From Auanema rhodensis (Eukaryota; Animalia; Nematoda): a stretch of 64,000 bases of DNA. Both the position numbers and the translations under genes were made by a program. The notes beneath the pieces are model-generated. The model did not search any database. It saw nothing but the letters and a program-made list of their open reading frames with translations, and had not been told where the DNA came from. Positions 12,916 to 27,588 of the stretch are shown here, one piece after another. The DNA lies in contig OZ059899.1 of NCBI GenBank assembly GCA_964057225.1, positions 13,330,001 to 13,394,000 of the forward strand, given 5' to 3'. How positions within the stretch are numbered: the first letter of the stretch is position 1; the number at the start of each line of letters is the position of its first letter.

Positions 12916-15684
12916 TCAATCATCTCACTTGCTGATACGGAATGATGAACAAATTGCAACAATGAACTAAGATGTAAATGTAAAAGAGGTAGATATGAAG
13001 AATATGCTACAAGAACACGATAGTACTGCTTGAAATGGAAAAACATCGACAACGTCATCGTTCCATCACACCTCATGATTCCAAGATTGACGTCGTTGTT
13101 GTCCTTTGACCTCGAATTAGCTATTTTGTGCATGGTCATTCATACAGCCTTCTCGTTTCGCATTCCATTTCTTCTTCTCTCTATCCAGTAAGCCACAGGG
13201 CATTGCACATACCCTGCCATCCAGCCTAGAGGCAATGGACGATCACCATCTACTATCTTTCTCGAAAATAAATAATAAAAAATATATTTCAAGTTTCTCT
13301 GACTCTCTGCTTCTCATAAATTCACTTTATCTCTCTTATTTTCTCTATTTCCTTTATATACCAGCTTCACTTCTTCCTCTATTCTCGAGTTTCTCTCTCT
13401 CTCTCTTTCTCTCTCTCTCTCCCTCTCTCCCTCTCTCTCTCTCTCACTAGTGTAGTAACTCGTAATTGTCATTTCCATTCGTATGTGACTCTTTGATTCG
13501 GGAAAAAATGAAAATCGTCGTCGCTGAGCTTTTGGTTAGCTTAGCAAAAGTTATTGTTTGTTGTTGAAGACAAACCCCTTAAATATGCATTGAGCCGAGG
13601 TGCTGTTGCGCCGTTGTCAACGCTATTCAACTTCACAGTGTTCCGACTCCGACAACGTTGTCGTCAAGAAAGACGTAACTGCTTAGTCTTATGTCAGAAT
13701 CATAGCTGTCGTTTTGCTACCGCTGCCATCGGACAATGTGACCGACGTCGTTGTCGTTTTCGTCGTCGTCGCCAACAACGTCGCCAACAACGTCGCCAGG
13801 CTGTCGTGTCTTGACTGGATGAGCTTGTATATGCGTGTGTGTGTGTGTGTGCTATGAGGATCTGGGTTATCTCTGTACATGTGTGAGTATATTATAACCC
13901 TTTTTCGCCACACAAAAAGATTGACTGGCTGCTTTTTGTATGATTCATTACCGATATGTAGTCCTTCTCGCTCGCCAGCTTCCCGTTGTCTCATGCCTTT
14001 CTCGTTTTTCCGTCCTCTTACGTTCAACCGTGTTTCCCGCTTGTGCCACCCTGCCCCTCTATCTCTCTCTCTCCCTCTCTCTCTCTCTATCTCTCTCTCT
14101 CACTCTCTCTCTTTCTTTTAAACCAATTTCTTCTTGGCTTTCATGTTACTCTATAAGATTCCCATTTTGTTTTTTATATAATGTAGTTTTCATTCTCTTT
14201 CTCACCCTGTATTCAAGTCAAAGAATTCTTTGCTTGGCTTGCTTCTTACGATGCAAAGTCGCAACGAACTAGAAATCGGAACAGATTTTACTCGCTGACA
14301 CATCATCATCATCATCCTCTGATATTGAACATGGAAAATGATGCTGCTGAAAGTCAACATGATCCTTCTTAACAAAAAGATGAAGGAACAAGAAGAGAAG
14401 TGAGCATCATAAGAGTGACCATACGAAGCTTTAATTGCCTTCATATAGCAGCAATTGGCTTCAAGAGGAGCATCAGTCTTTTCCTCATTTCTTCTTCTCA
14501 TCTTTCGCTCTTTCCCCCACGTTTTCTCTTCTTTTTCTCTCATTTTCTCTTGTTTCCACCTTCAATATATGATAGTTTCTTCTCTTGAAGAGATGAAAAA
14601 AACGTTAAAATTTCATTACTTGAACCATCGTACTTCCGACCATTGAAAATTTTTTTTTAAAATAGCCAATAACAGGACATTTTTTATGATTTTTGACGAT
14701 CAACAGGAAATATGATGAGTGCTTATGTGTTCAGGCAGTTAAGATATATTGCTTGAACATGAATATGGCAACTACTTCATCTTCTGCTTTTCCGTAATCT
14801 TTCCATTGGCATGGCTATTTATAGAAGAAAAAACTTCTGATGAGCTCTGAACATATGCTGTTCAAGTGTTCGTTCATGACGATTCTGTGTTTTAACGCTC
14901 AAGCTATTGCTTCGCTTCTCCATTCTGATGATGAGAATTTGCTGCGTATAGTTTTGAATATTCATCTCATCTGCTTGAATCTTTCCAGTTTTTGGAGGAG
15001 GACGCATAGAATGAGGGGGGAGGATGAAGCCTCATCAGTAGCCAGCTGAACATGCTTGTGAATATGTTGCGAAAAACTTTTCTTTATATCCATTTCGCTC
15101 ATTTTGCATTCCACAAGAACAGGAAAAAGATTAAACCGAAAGAAGTAGAGCGAAGGAGCAGCGTGTCAAGCTGGCTACTGAAGATGTGACGAGGCCAAGA
15201 GAATATAGAGATACAACATAACATCTAAGAAACAGAAAAATGAAGCAGAACGGGAAGAATGCCTATATACGTAAAGCGTCGTGTGCATCAACTCTCTCTC
15301 TCTCTCTCTTCCCTCATATCTATCAAGTTTTTCTTCATTTTTTTGCCTTCACCCACTTCTCTGTTTCTCTCACTTCTTGAACTATATATGTAGATTACAT
15401 GTAGCTCCTTCTTCTTCAACCCTCCCCCGTCTTTCCTTTTCACCCCTCCCCTTTCTGAGCGTTGTCGTCGAAACATATTGGACCCGTTGCTTTCTTCTCT
15501 CGGGACACATGCTTCAATCGTAGAGAAAAGGAGGCAGAGAGGAATAGAGAAGGGGAGAAGGATACAAAGTATAAAGAATGCCAAAATATATGAAGACGTA
15601 GAGATTTTAAGTAAAATGGTTTAAAAGAGAAACGACATATGTATTGCTTGGCAGAGAGAAAAAAGGAGAGAGAGAGAAAGAGAA

Positions 15685-15735
<51 letters not shown>

Positions 15736-18044
15736 AAGAAGGGTAGGGGGTAACGTGGGAGGTTAGAAATAAAGTCAATATACAACATAGACAATCAGAG
15801 ACAACACAAGTTGAAACTAATTTGTAGCCTCTGGTCAATATTTCGTTTTGTCGATGTGAGCAACTAATATACGCAACGAGGGAAATTAGTTTCTTGTGTG
15901 CATGTGCTTCCTCCACGTGGGCTTTTGATCCTTCCCATCATATCACATCTCGATGACCTTTGAGCTTGGCAAAGACCGTTAGTTCCTCTTTGTGGCAACA
16001 ACATTGTCTTCAAATGGAAACGAGAAATGATTGTTCGTTACAATCTTTCAGTTGAAACTAATGTAAGATAATCGAGTAGATTCTGCTGGATATGCTGCTG
16101 TTGATCATAAAATTAGAAGCAGCAGTAGCAGGTAGTAGCAGTGGTACTACGACTACGACTACTGCTACTGCTACTACTACTACTGCTGCTGCTGCTTCAT
16201 GTTTATAGTCAACCTGATTTCAAAGAATTAACGATGCTACACGCTTCTACGAATTTTCTTTTGAAATATTGCCAAAGGGACATTTTCATGTTTTTTCTCT
16301 TCTATGAGCTTTCAAAAATAACTTTGTGTATATGTGTTGCCATCAGATTTAAAAATTTGAATGAAAGAAGAACGAAGATGCTGAAAGGGAAAGGGAAAGA
16401 AGAAGAAAAATAGAATTTTCTCTCTTTTTTTCTCATCTCAGAGTAATCAAATGAAACTTTGATGTTGTTACATGTCAGAATATTTAATAGGATCATGATC
16501 ATTTTTAATCAGCAGTATGATGATTTCAAGTATTACCTGCAGCTGTTCTAGCACATGTATAATGATTATGAAAAACTTCTAATTTAACTGAATAATAATA
16601 ATAATAATAATAATATATGATATAGTTAAATTAAAATAAAGAAATTCATCTGTTTTTGCCTCATATCAGCAATTAGCTCTTCTTGGCTCTATGCACACCC
16701 CCTGCCCTCCCCCACTGTGTTACAACTACGTAAATCTGACTTCTTACCCATTAATAATGCTGGAAATCCGGAAAGCGGAATTACAGAATGTATCTTTTCT
16801 CTGCATATCAAATATTTTTATTGCATATCTCTAGATATCATTTGGCATTTATTCTCAAAAATTAGATTTTTATATTTCCGCTGGATACCTTCCTTTCATA
16901 TTTTTTCCCCTAAGAAGGGAGAGAAGCTGATCAAGAGAGAGAGGGAAGGAAAGAGAAGAGAGATTGTTGAGTTGTATAAATCATTTTACCTTCTTTTAAT
17001 GATTATTTATCACATATTTATATATTTTCTTAGTTAGTATTTAGTTGAAAAATTGAAATTTATAATCGAGAAAACCGGAAAAAGTCCGTTTGCAACACAA
17101 GCTAATATTATCTTGAAAAATCTGATGCTGTAGCAACAACACATTACTGAGGGATTACATTGATTTTGTTTGAAAATTAGATTTTCATTTTTTTTTGCTT
17201 TTCAATATTTGAGAGAGAAAGAGAAAAGTTTAATTAACATCAATTTTTCCTTTTTTTTTCCTCAGTCTATTCAATTCTTTTTTGTCTTTCCGACATTCCC
17301 TCTCTCTTTCTCTCCCTCTCTTTCTCTCCCTCTTTTTCTCTCTCTCTCTCTCTCTCTCTGCCATTCTTTATACCTCCCAATATTTTGCTTTTTTCAACTT
17401 TTTTTTGCAAAAAATATAAAAGTTTTTGGAGTAAATATATGTTTTATGTATGATTTATGTTATACATTTATATAGTTAACTAACTATATAATTGAATATG
17501 ATTATAATACTAAAAATAGAAAATTATTTCCCAAAATAGCGGCAAATACCTATGAACGTTTATTGACTATATATGGGTTATATGCCCTAGAGAGAGAGAG
17601 AGAGAAAGAGAGAGATAGATGGAGAGAGAGAGAGGAAGGAAAATATCGGGATCTCTTAGTACTAACAATACCACTCTCAATACTACAACAACAACAACTA
17701 CTACTACTGCTGCTGATGGCGGTGGCTGTGTTGGTGTTTGTGGTGGTCGTGGTGATTGTGGTAGTGGCGATTGTCGTCGTCGCCGTCGTCGCCGTCGCCG
17801 CCGCCGTTGCTGCTGCCGCCATCGTTGTCGTGAGGCTATGATTTCCAGCACATATGAAGATAGAGAGACTGAGAGACGGGAAATGCAAGAGAATTGCTCA
17901 CAAGGAGAGACTGAGTGTGGCAACACATACAAGGGTAGGCTAGCTGGCTCGGCATGGCCTGGCCTTGCCTTGCCTAGTCATGCCCGGGAATCTCTCTGTT
18001 AGACACAGACAAAAAGAGAAACCAAAGCAATAATCAAATGTAAA

Positions 18045-18100
<56 letters not shown>

Positions 18101-18453
18101 AAATTACATAGAAAAAGGAGGGGAAGAGAACAAGAGCAAGATAGGACTAAACAAGGAAAATAGATTTCATTAACTATACATATAGCTAACTAATCTTGAA
18201 TTATTGAATTGAATCATAACTCCACTATTCTCAAGTCATTTTCCATTTTGCTATTTGTGAACAGAAAAGCGATTGAAGAATAATTATAGAATATATAACT
18301 ACTTATACATATAATAAATAAATAATAAAGATTCTAAGCATTCTAACCTTATACTAAACTACAAGAAAACAAAGAAAAATATTTATTTTTCTTATTTAAT
18401 AATAAAAATAATTTTAAAAAAACATTTCATATATTAACTTATTATCATTTCAG

Positions 18454-18515
18454 TCAAAGAATTTTTGGAGAAGGCGCGAGAGGAATTCAAGCAGCGATGG
18501 GAAAATCCAGCTCAG
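18454..18515 (+). CDS. kin-1: PKA-C shared A-helix exon: (x)KEFLEKAREEFKQRWENPAQ
   Basis: TTTCAG acceptor ending at 18453, CAG|GTACG donor, 62 nt. Near-identical to C. elegans KEFLDKAREDFKQRWENPAQ. Confidence 0.96.
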
Positions 18516-21500
18516 GTACGCTTCATTTCTTTTTCCAAAAAAACAAAAAAGAAAAACAACATTATTTTGGTTATTTTAAGTTTTAATCGAAGAGAAATAT
18601 ATTATTTTTGATAAATGAAAATGAATATTTGAAAAAAAAAAAATTTTTTTAAGCATGTTCTTGACCGATTATTCAATTTTAATGTATTTATTGGGACTCA
18701 CATATTCATACATACTATTTCTCTCATTTCAACTATTTTTGTTTATTTATTTTTCTATTTTTTTTTATTTTCTCTTCTGCTTTGGGACCAAAAGGAAAAA
18801 AAAAGATATTTTTCGGAAAAAAATATTTTGTCAAATTTGAGAATTTCTGCTTCATGCCACACAAGAAGGGAAAATCTGTAGATTCAGATTGAATGCTAAA
18901 AGCAAATTTCGTTGCATACAGTAGTCGATTCTGAAGGAAAATTAGTTAAATTGAAATTATATTCATTAACTATGCTTATATACTAAATAATTGTCATTTA
19001 ACTATGTAACTTCATGTTGTTTGATGGATCGGAAAAATCTGTGTTTTTGTTACTATTTTCTGTGTCGTTTGGTCATACTATCAACACATTTTTCTATAAA
19101 ATTTCATAACTCAGCAGTTATTACAGCAACTACTTCTCCTCTTTTGCTTCTTCATAAGCTCAAAATATAGGCTTTGTTTGGATGATAAAACTTTGCTCAA
19201 CATATCCTCAGGCGAACAAGCTTGCCGGCTCCTTTATGACAAGAAGCAGCAGCAGCAACAGTAGTAGTAGTAGTAGTAGTAGCAACTGCAGCAACAACTT
19301 CTATCTCGTCGTATGCTTTTCCTACTTGTTTGAGTATTTTCCAAACAAGCTGCTCAAGAAGGAATGGAAGGAAGAAAAATTTAGTGTCCTTGAGTGTCAA
19401 TAGGAAAAAGAAACTAAGAGAGAGATAGCAGTTAACTTGTTGGACAAAAGCAGGCGTATAGTATGAGTTTCGGCTCGAAGTAAGCTGACTTCGGTATACC
19501 TTATTCCAATGTTCCTTCTCTTCATCCCAATACTATTGCTAAAGCAATACTCCTAGAGCTATAGATGTTGTTTAAGTTTTGAACCCTGTTTTGCAACCAT
19601 TTTGACTCATCTAGCTAAATTGAACAGTTTTTAGGTCTAAAAATACAATTTTTCATTGAATTAAGCATGAAAATTCAATCTTCTCATTTGTAATTTGTTA
19701 TAGTTTATAGTACTTGAAGATGACGTATTATCTTCTGTCTTTTCTCACTTCTTCTCGCCTTCCTCCTTCTGCCACCCCTCTCTCTTACTAGCTTTCTGGC
19801 TTCAGAAAGCTGTGAAGATAACAATAATGATGCTTCTGAAGAGACAACAGAGCTTCTACTTGGTTTTTGGACCAACTTTGATAGAATAACAGGCAGAATA
19901 AGCTATTTTTCTTGGCAATATTTTTCTTTTTCTCGTATATATCTATACATTTTTCTGAAGGAACATTTTCATATGATTTAGTTTGAATAGCTGTAAAAGC
20001 ATTTATAAACTATTTAATATTGACAAGAAAAGCAACGTCTCTCCTTTCCTTTTTTCCTACCTTCCAATGGGCAGACAATCAAAAAGCTTTTTCTTCGTTA
20101 AAGAAGCTTGTAACGTACAAAAACTTCTAGGTTGTTCATTGCTACAAATGAAATGAAGGGGGGGGGGACATTCATATGGAAATTACTAATAGATCCACAT
20201 GAGCAAATACTCATTGTTTTCAAATCCTTTTTGTCTGAAGAAGCTCTTCCATTTTCTCTATCTTACATCATCCTCTCCGTCACGATTCAAGTATTCTGAC
20301 AATGCCACAACAACATATCGTGGCTTTGAGTCTAAAATTAAAATTTTGGACAAAAAATGATTTGGGCTTGACCAAGCCCACCTCATCCATATATGTATTT
20401 CTCTATAGACATCTATCTCCCTTCCTCGGGATATTGTGCTGCCGTTTTGACATATCTGTTTTTCTGGGACTAGCTTCATGTCTTCAGTCAGAGTTGCTGT
20501 TGAATTTTTCTGTTTTTCTATTTGAAACAGATTGAAACACAGACAGAACTTGTAACTTCAAAAGTGAAATGAGAAAATGCTTCATGCAGAACAGACGAGT
20601 CAAAACATGAATACAAGCAAAGAAAAAATGAAAACAATGTGTTGAAGAATCAGTTTCTTGCATGGATGTGGTATCAGGATACTCATGTGCAGATACTCAT
20701 GTGCAGCAACAACATTCGTGATATTTCACCAATTGCTCATCTATAACCAGTTTTATGGTTTAAGATAGCAGAAGTCTTGAAGGGATTAACCGTACGAAGA
20801 TTGGTCTTCTCTCTCGCTTTCTATAACTTTACATGTGTAAGCAAGATAAACATGAAGATAATAAGAAATAGAGAGAGAGATAGAGAGAGAAAGAATAGGA
20901 GAGGAAGCTAGAAAAGTAAGAAGTAAATCGACTCCACGCATATCATATGCACATGACACTCATCCAGCCTTCTCACTTCCGGCTGTCGGTCATGGTTTTC
21001 CTATGAATTATGGTGTAGCATTCCAGAGTTCTGCATAGATTCATGGACATTTGGAATACAAGCATTCTCTCTCTTTCTCTCCCTTTCTCTTTCTCTCTCT
21101 CTCTCTATTTTTCTCTCTCTATCTTCCCCTCTCTTTCTCTTTCTTATGCTCCGACATATTTTTCTTACTTCTTATAGTGATAAACACAACTAACAAATAG
21201 TTTTTTGGAGCAAAGAATGTCATTGTATATGGCGTTTTCAGCGAGAAGGGCGGGAGGGGGGTTAGGGGGCACTCAGACATCTACTTGAAATCTCATAAAT
21301 ATGCTGTGATCGTACACGAATTGTGAATTCAAAGCAATAAGTGAATGCTCTTCTAGTTCACAAGAATCCCTAAAATAGCTTCATATGGGTTCAATTCCTT
21401 ATTTCTTCTTCCTGCTCCTTCCGGCTTCTCTTCATCCGCATCGTCGTCATCTTCATCATCTTAGCAGATTTTGCATGGACAACCCTATTGCTTTGTCGCT

Positions 21501-23911
21501 AATAACATATTGAGCAAGCTGCAGCAGTAATAGATAGGAGGAGTAGCAACAATACTGAAGCAGGACGACACGAGTTCACCGAGAACCTCAATTTGTTATT
21601 CGCGGTATTGTCGGAAGTGAGAGGAGGAAGGCTAGCTGACTTGTTTAGACATCTCAGGCTGTCTCAGCCTGTTCCTGTCGAGCACACCGATAACTATTAC
21701 AAAGCCGAATTGTCGATTAACTATATAGTAGTTGAAAATATTACAAAATGTGATGATTTTTAAGAATCACAGCTCTACAAGCATCGATGATCTCTGTCTG
21801 ATTGTGGTCTGAAGAATTTGAAACAAAAAGAAAATAGATATTCACAGAATATACAATGATTATCATTGTATTATATCATAAGCTAAAACACAACAAATGT
21901 CTTTTTAGCTTGAACGTCTATGAACAATATCTTCATTTTTCAAATTTCTCTTCCGCATTCCTGCTTCTGTCTGATTTTCGTTCGTACTTTTCATCCTTCC
22001 TTCATCAGCGTCATCATCATTAGCTCGTACTTCTCTCTTCATCTCTCCAATTTTCTAATCAAAATCATTATTTTAACATAAATTAAAATTAAATAATATT
22101 AATTATACTATACGTATAGTTACTATATTTATGCTATTTATGCTATTTTCCTATAATTTGTTTCATCAAGTATGGAATAGCTGCTACATTGGAAGTTATG
22201 TAAGAGGAAGGGTATGAAGGGATGGCAATTTGGCTTCCAATTTAAGTGACTATGCTGCATATCTATCATCAGAATTTACACATTGAATTAGAAGAATTTT
22301 CAGCTGAATATCATCCAAATAGATATATACCTCAGAGCATTATGACCTCGAGATCATGAATATGAACTGGATTAAACAAATATAATTGTCCAAAAGCCAT
22401 ATATGAAAAGGTTTTTGTTGTGGTGGCTCGACAAATAAAAATGGCCATCAACTGATCGGTAGACAGAATTTCAACGCGGATAAGCTGAAACAAATGGAAA
22501 TTTTATGTTCAATGGATATGTTTGGATTTGAAATTGGACATGTACCACTACTAGTCTTAGTTATTCAGCATCATTTCATTGAATTTGTACAATATGAGAT
22601 GATGGTGACGATCATCATCATCATGATCATCATCATGGGCATCTAAATTCATGTGAATGTTGAAACAAAGATGATATCTGAAAATGAAGATGCTGTATGG
22701 TTTCAAGGATTTCCGGGAATACACCCCCCATTCATGTCGTGCTGTATCGGATATCCTACAGCTGTAGAATGAAGAGATTTGATGAAAAATGGTCTTAGTT
22801 CAGATAATTGAAGCTGATAACAGATGTTTATGATTCTGATGATTTTATCATTTCATTCGAACAGCATTGAACGAAATTCATTGGCACATAGGCACTGCAT
22901 GTAATCGTGGTCAACGGTGTTGAAGCGCACCAAACGCTAGCATCTGAATCATTTGATTTTTCAATTTTCATTCATTTTTGAATAGATTATTGAATGTAAG
23001 AACATAGTGATTTCAACATATTTCATGTTCACATCATCGTATTGACTTCTGAGATGAAAAAGAAACTTTACGTACTTCACAACATTAACAGCTTGCCGAT
23101 CAATCTGTTTGATGGGAAATTTATTTTACAACAACAAACAATTGTTTTCATCATTTCCCCTATAAACAGTTCAATTTGATGTTTTTTCATTGACACAAAA
23201 GCAGAAAGAAGAAGAAGATAATCATAAAAGTTGAAATCAAAAAGCTATATATACATGTATATATCTTGTTTTCAAATCAATTATTTCAATTTTCAAGTTG
23301 TTATGGTAGTCATCCGTACTTTGTGTTATCAATATCTCTTCGTCGTCGTCGTCTTCTTCTTCTTCTTCTAGTTAGTCTTTGTTCATCTGATTCTTCCATG
23401 TCTAGACCTATAGTTGAAAATACTTTATCATCGATTTAGTTGATGATAATACTTTTTCAATATAATATTCTTTGATTATTCGTATCTCTCTAGTTGTTCA
23501 TTGCATCGATTACTCATGAAATGAGCTCAAACATGCACATCGTCTCAACTACAACCTCGACGACAAGCACTACGACAACGCTTACAACTACAAAACTCTT
23601 TTCATAGATACCGTTGTCTGTTGAAATCATCTAAACAATACGTTTGAACATGATGCCACTACGACAGTAAAAGCATGCATTACTAGCAGTAACAACGACC
23701 ACATCTAATGACAGCGAAACGATGTCTTGTGTCTTCGTTGACGCCTTTTATGTCTTCGTTGCATCTATTTCCTAATGCTCAGACTTCTATTTTTAGAAAT
23801 ATGTAATCGATGCGAGGAATCGAATAGAGCATTCCGATGTAAGAATGCGTCAGGCATAAAAGAGGAGACACACACATACATACATGTATTGCCCCCACCC
23901 CTCTCATCATC

Positions 23912-23963
<52 letters not shown>

Positions 23964-24211
23964 TTTCTATTACTATGTATCTTGTTCTCTTTTTGCAACC
24001 ATCGTATTAGTCAATGGCATGCCGACAGAACATGATATGAAAGATAGAGAAGCTGAGAAGCAATACAAGAATATAAGAAGAAGAAGAAAAGAAGATGAGA
24101 AAATGTTGAAAGAAATGGTCGAATACGAGGGCTGACAGTGTCAGTTCAGTTCATTCAATCAGGTCATTGACTCTTCATCATTTTGACCTTCTTTTACTTA
24201 AATTATATCAC

Positions 24212-24214
<3 letters not shown>

Positions 24215-24267
<53 letters not shown>
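24215..24267. repeat. (AT)n microsatellite
   Basis: Pure AT run of about 53 bp. Confidence 0.95.
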
Positions 24268-24268
<1 letters not shown>

Positions 24269-24577
24269 CTATATATGATATTAATCATATTGTTATATCA
24301 TTCATAGTTATGTTACTAACTTCAAAATATACATATCTCAACAGCTAAACATGCTTGATGTTGTTGTTGTTGTCATGGCATGGACTCAGGTGGAAAGAAG
24401 ATAAACTAAAATAAGAAGCTGAAAAGCAGGCAGGATGTTGGCAAGATATGAGTATTGAAAGATCAAAACAAACATACAAACAACAACATCTACACCAGCA
24501 TCGCTTTCGTTTATTGGCGTTGTTGTCTCTGTTATACCTTCAGACTCGAGAAGCATTCACTGCACTACACCTCATTG

Positions 24578-24628
<51 letters not shown>

Positions 24629-24993
24629 CATCACTTCAAACTTGCCGACATAGCTCCTGTCAAGCTTTATTCAGGATCTGTGGCTGACTCAACTACAGCT
24701 GTGATGATGATGATGACTAGTACGTATAGATCACGAAGAGTATGATGAGAACATCAACAGAGTAAAAGCAATATGAGAAGGAGCGATAAGAGCAAGAAGT
24801 TGAGATGATAAAGTATGAAACTTATAAATCTTAAGCTATATCATATAATATATAATATATTTATTATTATTATTATTTCTTTTTTGTACAATACATATAT
24901 CTATATCTTTCATTTAGCTGAACGTGTAGATTACATCCCACAATATCTATGTATGTATATACTAAGAGAATTAACAGAGATAAAGAGATGAAA

Positions 24994-25060
<67 letters not shown>

Positions 25061-26439
25061 AACATAAAAAATAAAAGCTACAATTTTCTTCATTATTTTA
25101 TTATTTTCACCAAAAAAATAAATAAAAATAAGCAAAATAAGAAAAAAATAGAACATTGTTAAGCTTTAATTGTTTATGAAAAAAATAAGAAAAAAGTAAA
25201 TTGGCCTACAAAAAAATCTTTTTTTTTTCTTTTTTTTTTTGCAAAGAAAAATAAAAGAAAATGTAAGAAGATAGTTGAAGAAATCATAATAAATGTAATT
25301 ATTGTTTTAAAGTAAAAAATCTATTTTTGTATTAACTTCACCACCATCAGTGAGAGAGGGGGAAAGGGGGGGGGACACACATTCATCGTCAAGGTGCAGT
25401 ATTCCCCCTGTCCCCTCCCTTCTCCTCTCTTCACACCCTCTCTCTTAACGATATGACGGCTCCAAAGAAACGTTGCTTTCTTTCTTTTCATTTTCTTTTT
25501 GTAAAAAATTAATTAAATATATCGTTTTACTATTTCCGTTCCAACATATTTACTTCATAAACACATAGACATACACACACACACACACACATACACACAC
25601 ACAAATATATATTTCTTTAACTATTCTCTCAATAGAACTTCTGATATTTTTTTGTTTTGTTTGAAAACAAAAAAAAAATAAAAAGAGCACACGTTTGAGT
25701 TGGTTCTTGCTTCTTCGTGCTTCTTTACCAACTTATTATTCATTTATAACAGCTTAAACTTGAATTTTAAATGATATTAAAGACGAATATTTATTCTCTA
25801 ATATCAATTATCTTTTTAAATATTTTATATAAGATATACATATCTATATATATAAATCTATTTGTATTTATAATTAATTATATAGTAATCATAACATTAA
25901 TATCATATAATAACATTATTTTATAAATTATGCTTTGCGCTTCATTCTAGACATTTCTTCAGAAATATTACAAATTCTTCGATTTCCTCTTCATCAAAAT
26001 AATAATATTATACTATTTTTGAACTTTTTCTTTATTTTTCTTGAAAAATGTTGTTAAATATTTAAAAAATCAAACTTTTCCACACCTATTCACCCCTGTT
26101 TCTCTATCTATCCTTTTATGACAATAAGAGAAAATTATCTGTTTGATTTAGCTAATGCCATGCTTAATTCACGTGGGGTCACGTGGAATTTTTTTTCCTT
26201 TTTCAAAGTGCAGATCACTCGAACGTCTCTCTCTCTCTCTCTTCCTTCCTCTCTCTCTCCCTCTCTCTCTCTCCCTCTCTGTTTAAAAGAATGAATCAAT
26301 TTTTTAAAAACTAAAAATATATTTCTAATCGTATGTTTTCATTTCTTTTTACAATAAAAATCCAAAAATATCTGTAGGAACATCAGCAAAAACTAATGTG
26401 ATCTCCTTTTCTTTAGCTATTCCCAATATCTTACCCTCG

Positions 26440-26500
<61 letters not shown>

Positions 26501-27297
26501 CTTCTTTCGTTTGATTTTGCTTGATGACTACGTCATCCTGTATTACACACAGGACATACGGTTAGGTTAGGAAGAAAAATCCTTAGTTTTCTATCTTTGC
26601 TATTGTAGTTTGATTAAATAGCGATCACATCACACAAGGGGACACAAGAAAATGCTTTCGTGTGTGTTTTCTGCAATTCGAATAGCCGTATGTCGATGTT
26701 TTTCATCTGATTTCCTTTGCGATTCATCGCCATCTATCTAGCTTCTGAACTGAAAAGATCAAATGATCTAAATGCTGGTAGCTGATTGAGAAATCTATTA
26801 AAGAAATTCGAGAAATGACAGAATCCTTTTCGTTTTATCGATATGATCTGCTTTGACTTCCAGACACAAAACGAAATGGTTTGGATGATCACGACAAGCA
26901 AATCGAAGTTTTCAAGAGGGGGAAGATGAAAAATCGAGTGAAAGATGAGGCTGATTAGAGAGAGTAAAGAGAGAAAGAGAATAGTTCTTTTCGTATTTTC
27001 TATCACTTTCTTTTTCTTTTTTTGCAAAACCTATTTATAGAACTTGGCTTTATTAGCACGTGTATATGCGTGCGGTTACTGCTTCTCTCTCTCCCCTCTC
27101 CGCCCCCCTCCCTCCCTTCTTCTCTTTCTCATTTACTCTGTTTCTCTGAACCTCTTTCACTCTCTCTCTATCATTCCCTGTCTGCCTTTTTTCTTGCTTC
27201 TATCTAAAGCTCAGGTGCAAGTGTGGTGGACTGCGGGTGGGTTGTGTGTCTGTATGTGTGTCTTTCTTTGATGTCCAGTACATACACATAACGCTCT

Positions 27298-27358
<61 letters not shown>

Positions 27359-27531
27359 TCTGTTCTTCTCTCTAGTTCTCTCTTTATATATGACCATTTA
27401 ACGTAATTTTGATCTATTCCTTATATGGATTTGTACTGTCGAATGTCTAGCACAATCTCTTTTTTTTCATTTTGGTTTCATTCTATACATATCTTCTTTA
27501 TACCTCTCAATTCTCTTAAATAATTATACAG

Positions 27532-27588
<57 letters not shown>

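Noticed and set aside
13076-13193. ORF ending at a CCA|GTAAGC donor as a kin-1 first exon
   Set aside because: Phase 0, incompatible with the downstream phase-1 exon at 18454; no homology.
13879-13888. ATG-T|GTGAGT as a 4-nt coding first exon (MF-KEFLEK)
   Set aside because: The phase fits, but the signal is too short and sits in TG-repeat sequence, so it cannot be supported without reads.
14335-14405. MKEQEE.. segment with a GTGAGC donor
   Set aside because: The donor is phase 2 in the open frame, and the alternative ATG frame has a stop.
26560-26572. GGTTAGGTTAGG as a telomeric seed
   Set aside because: Only about 2 units, and not the nematode TTAGGC repeat.
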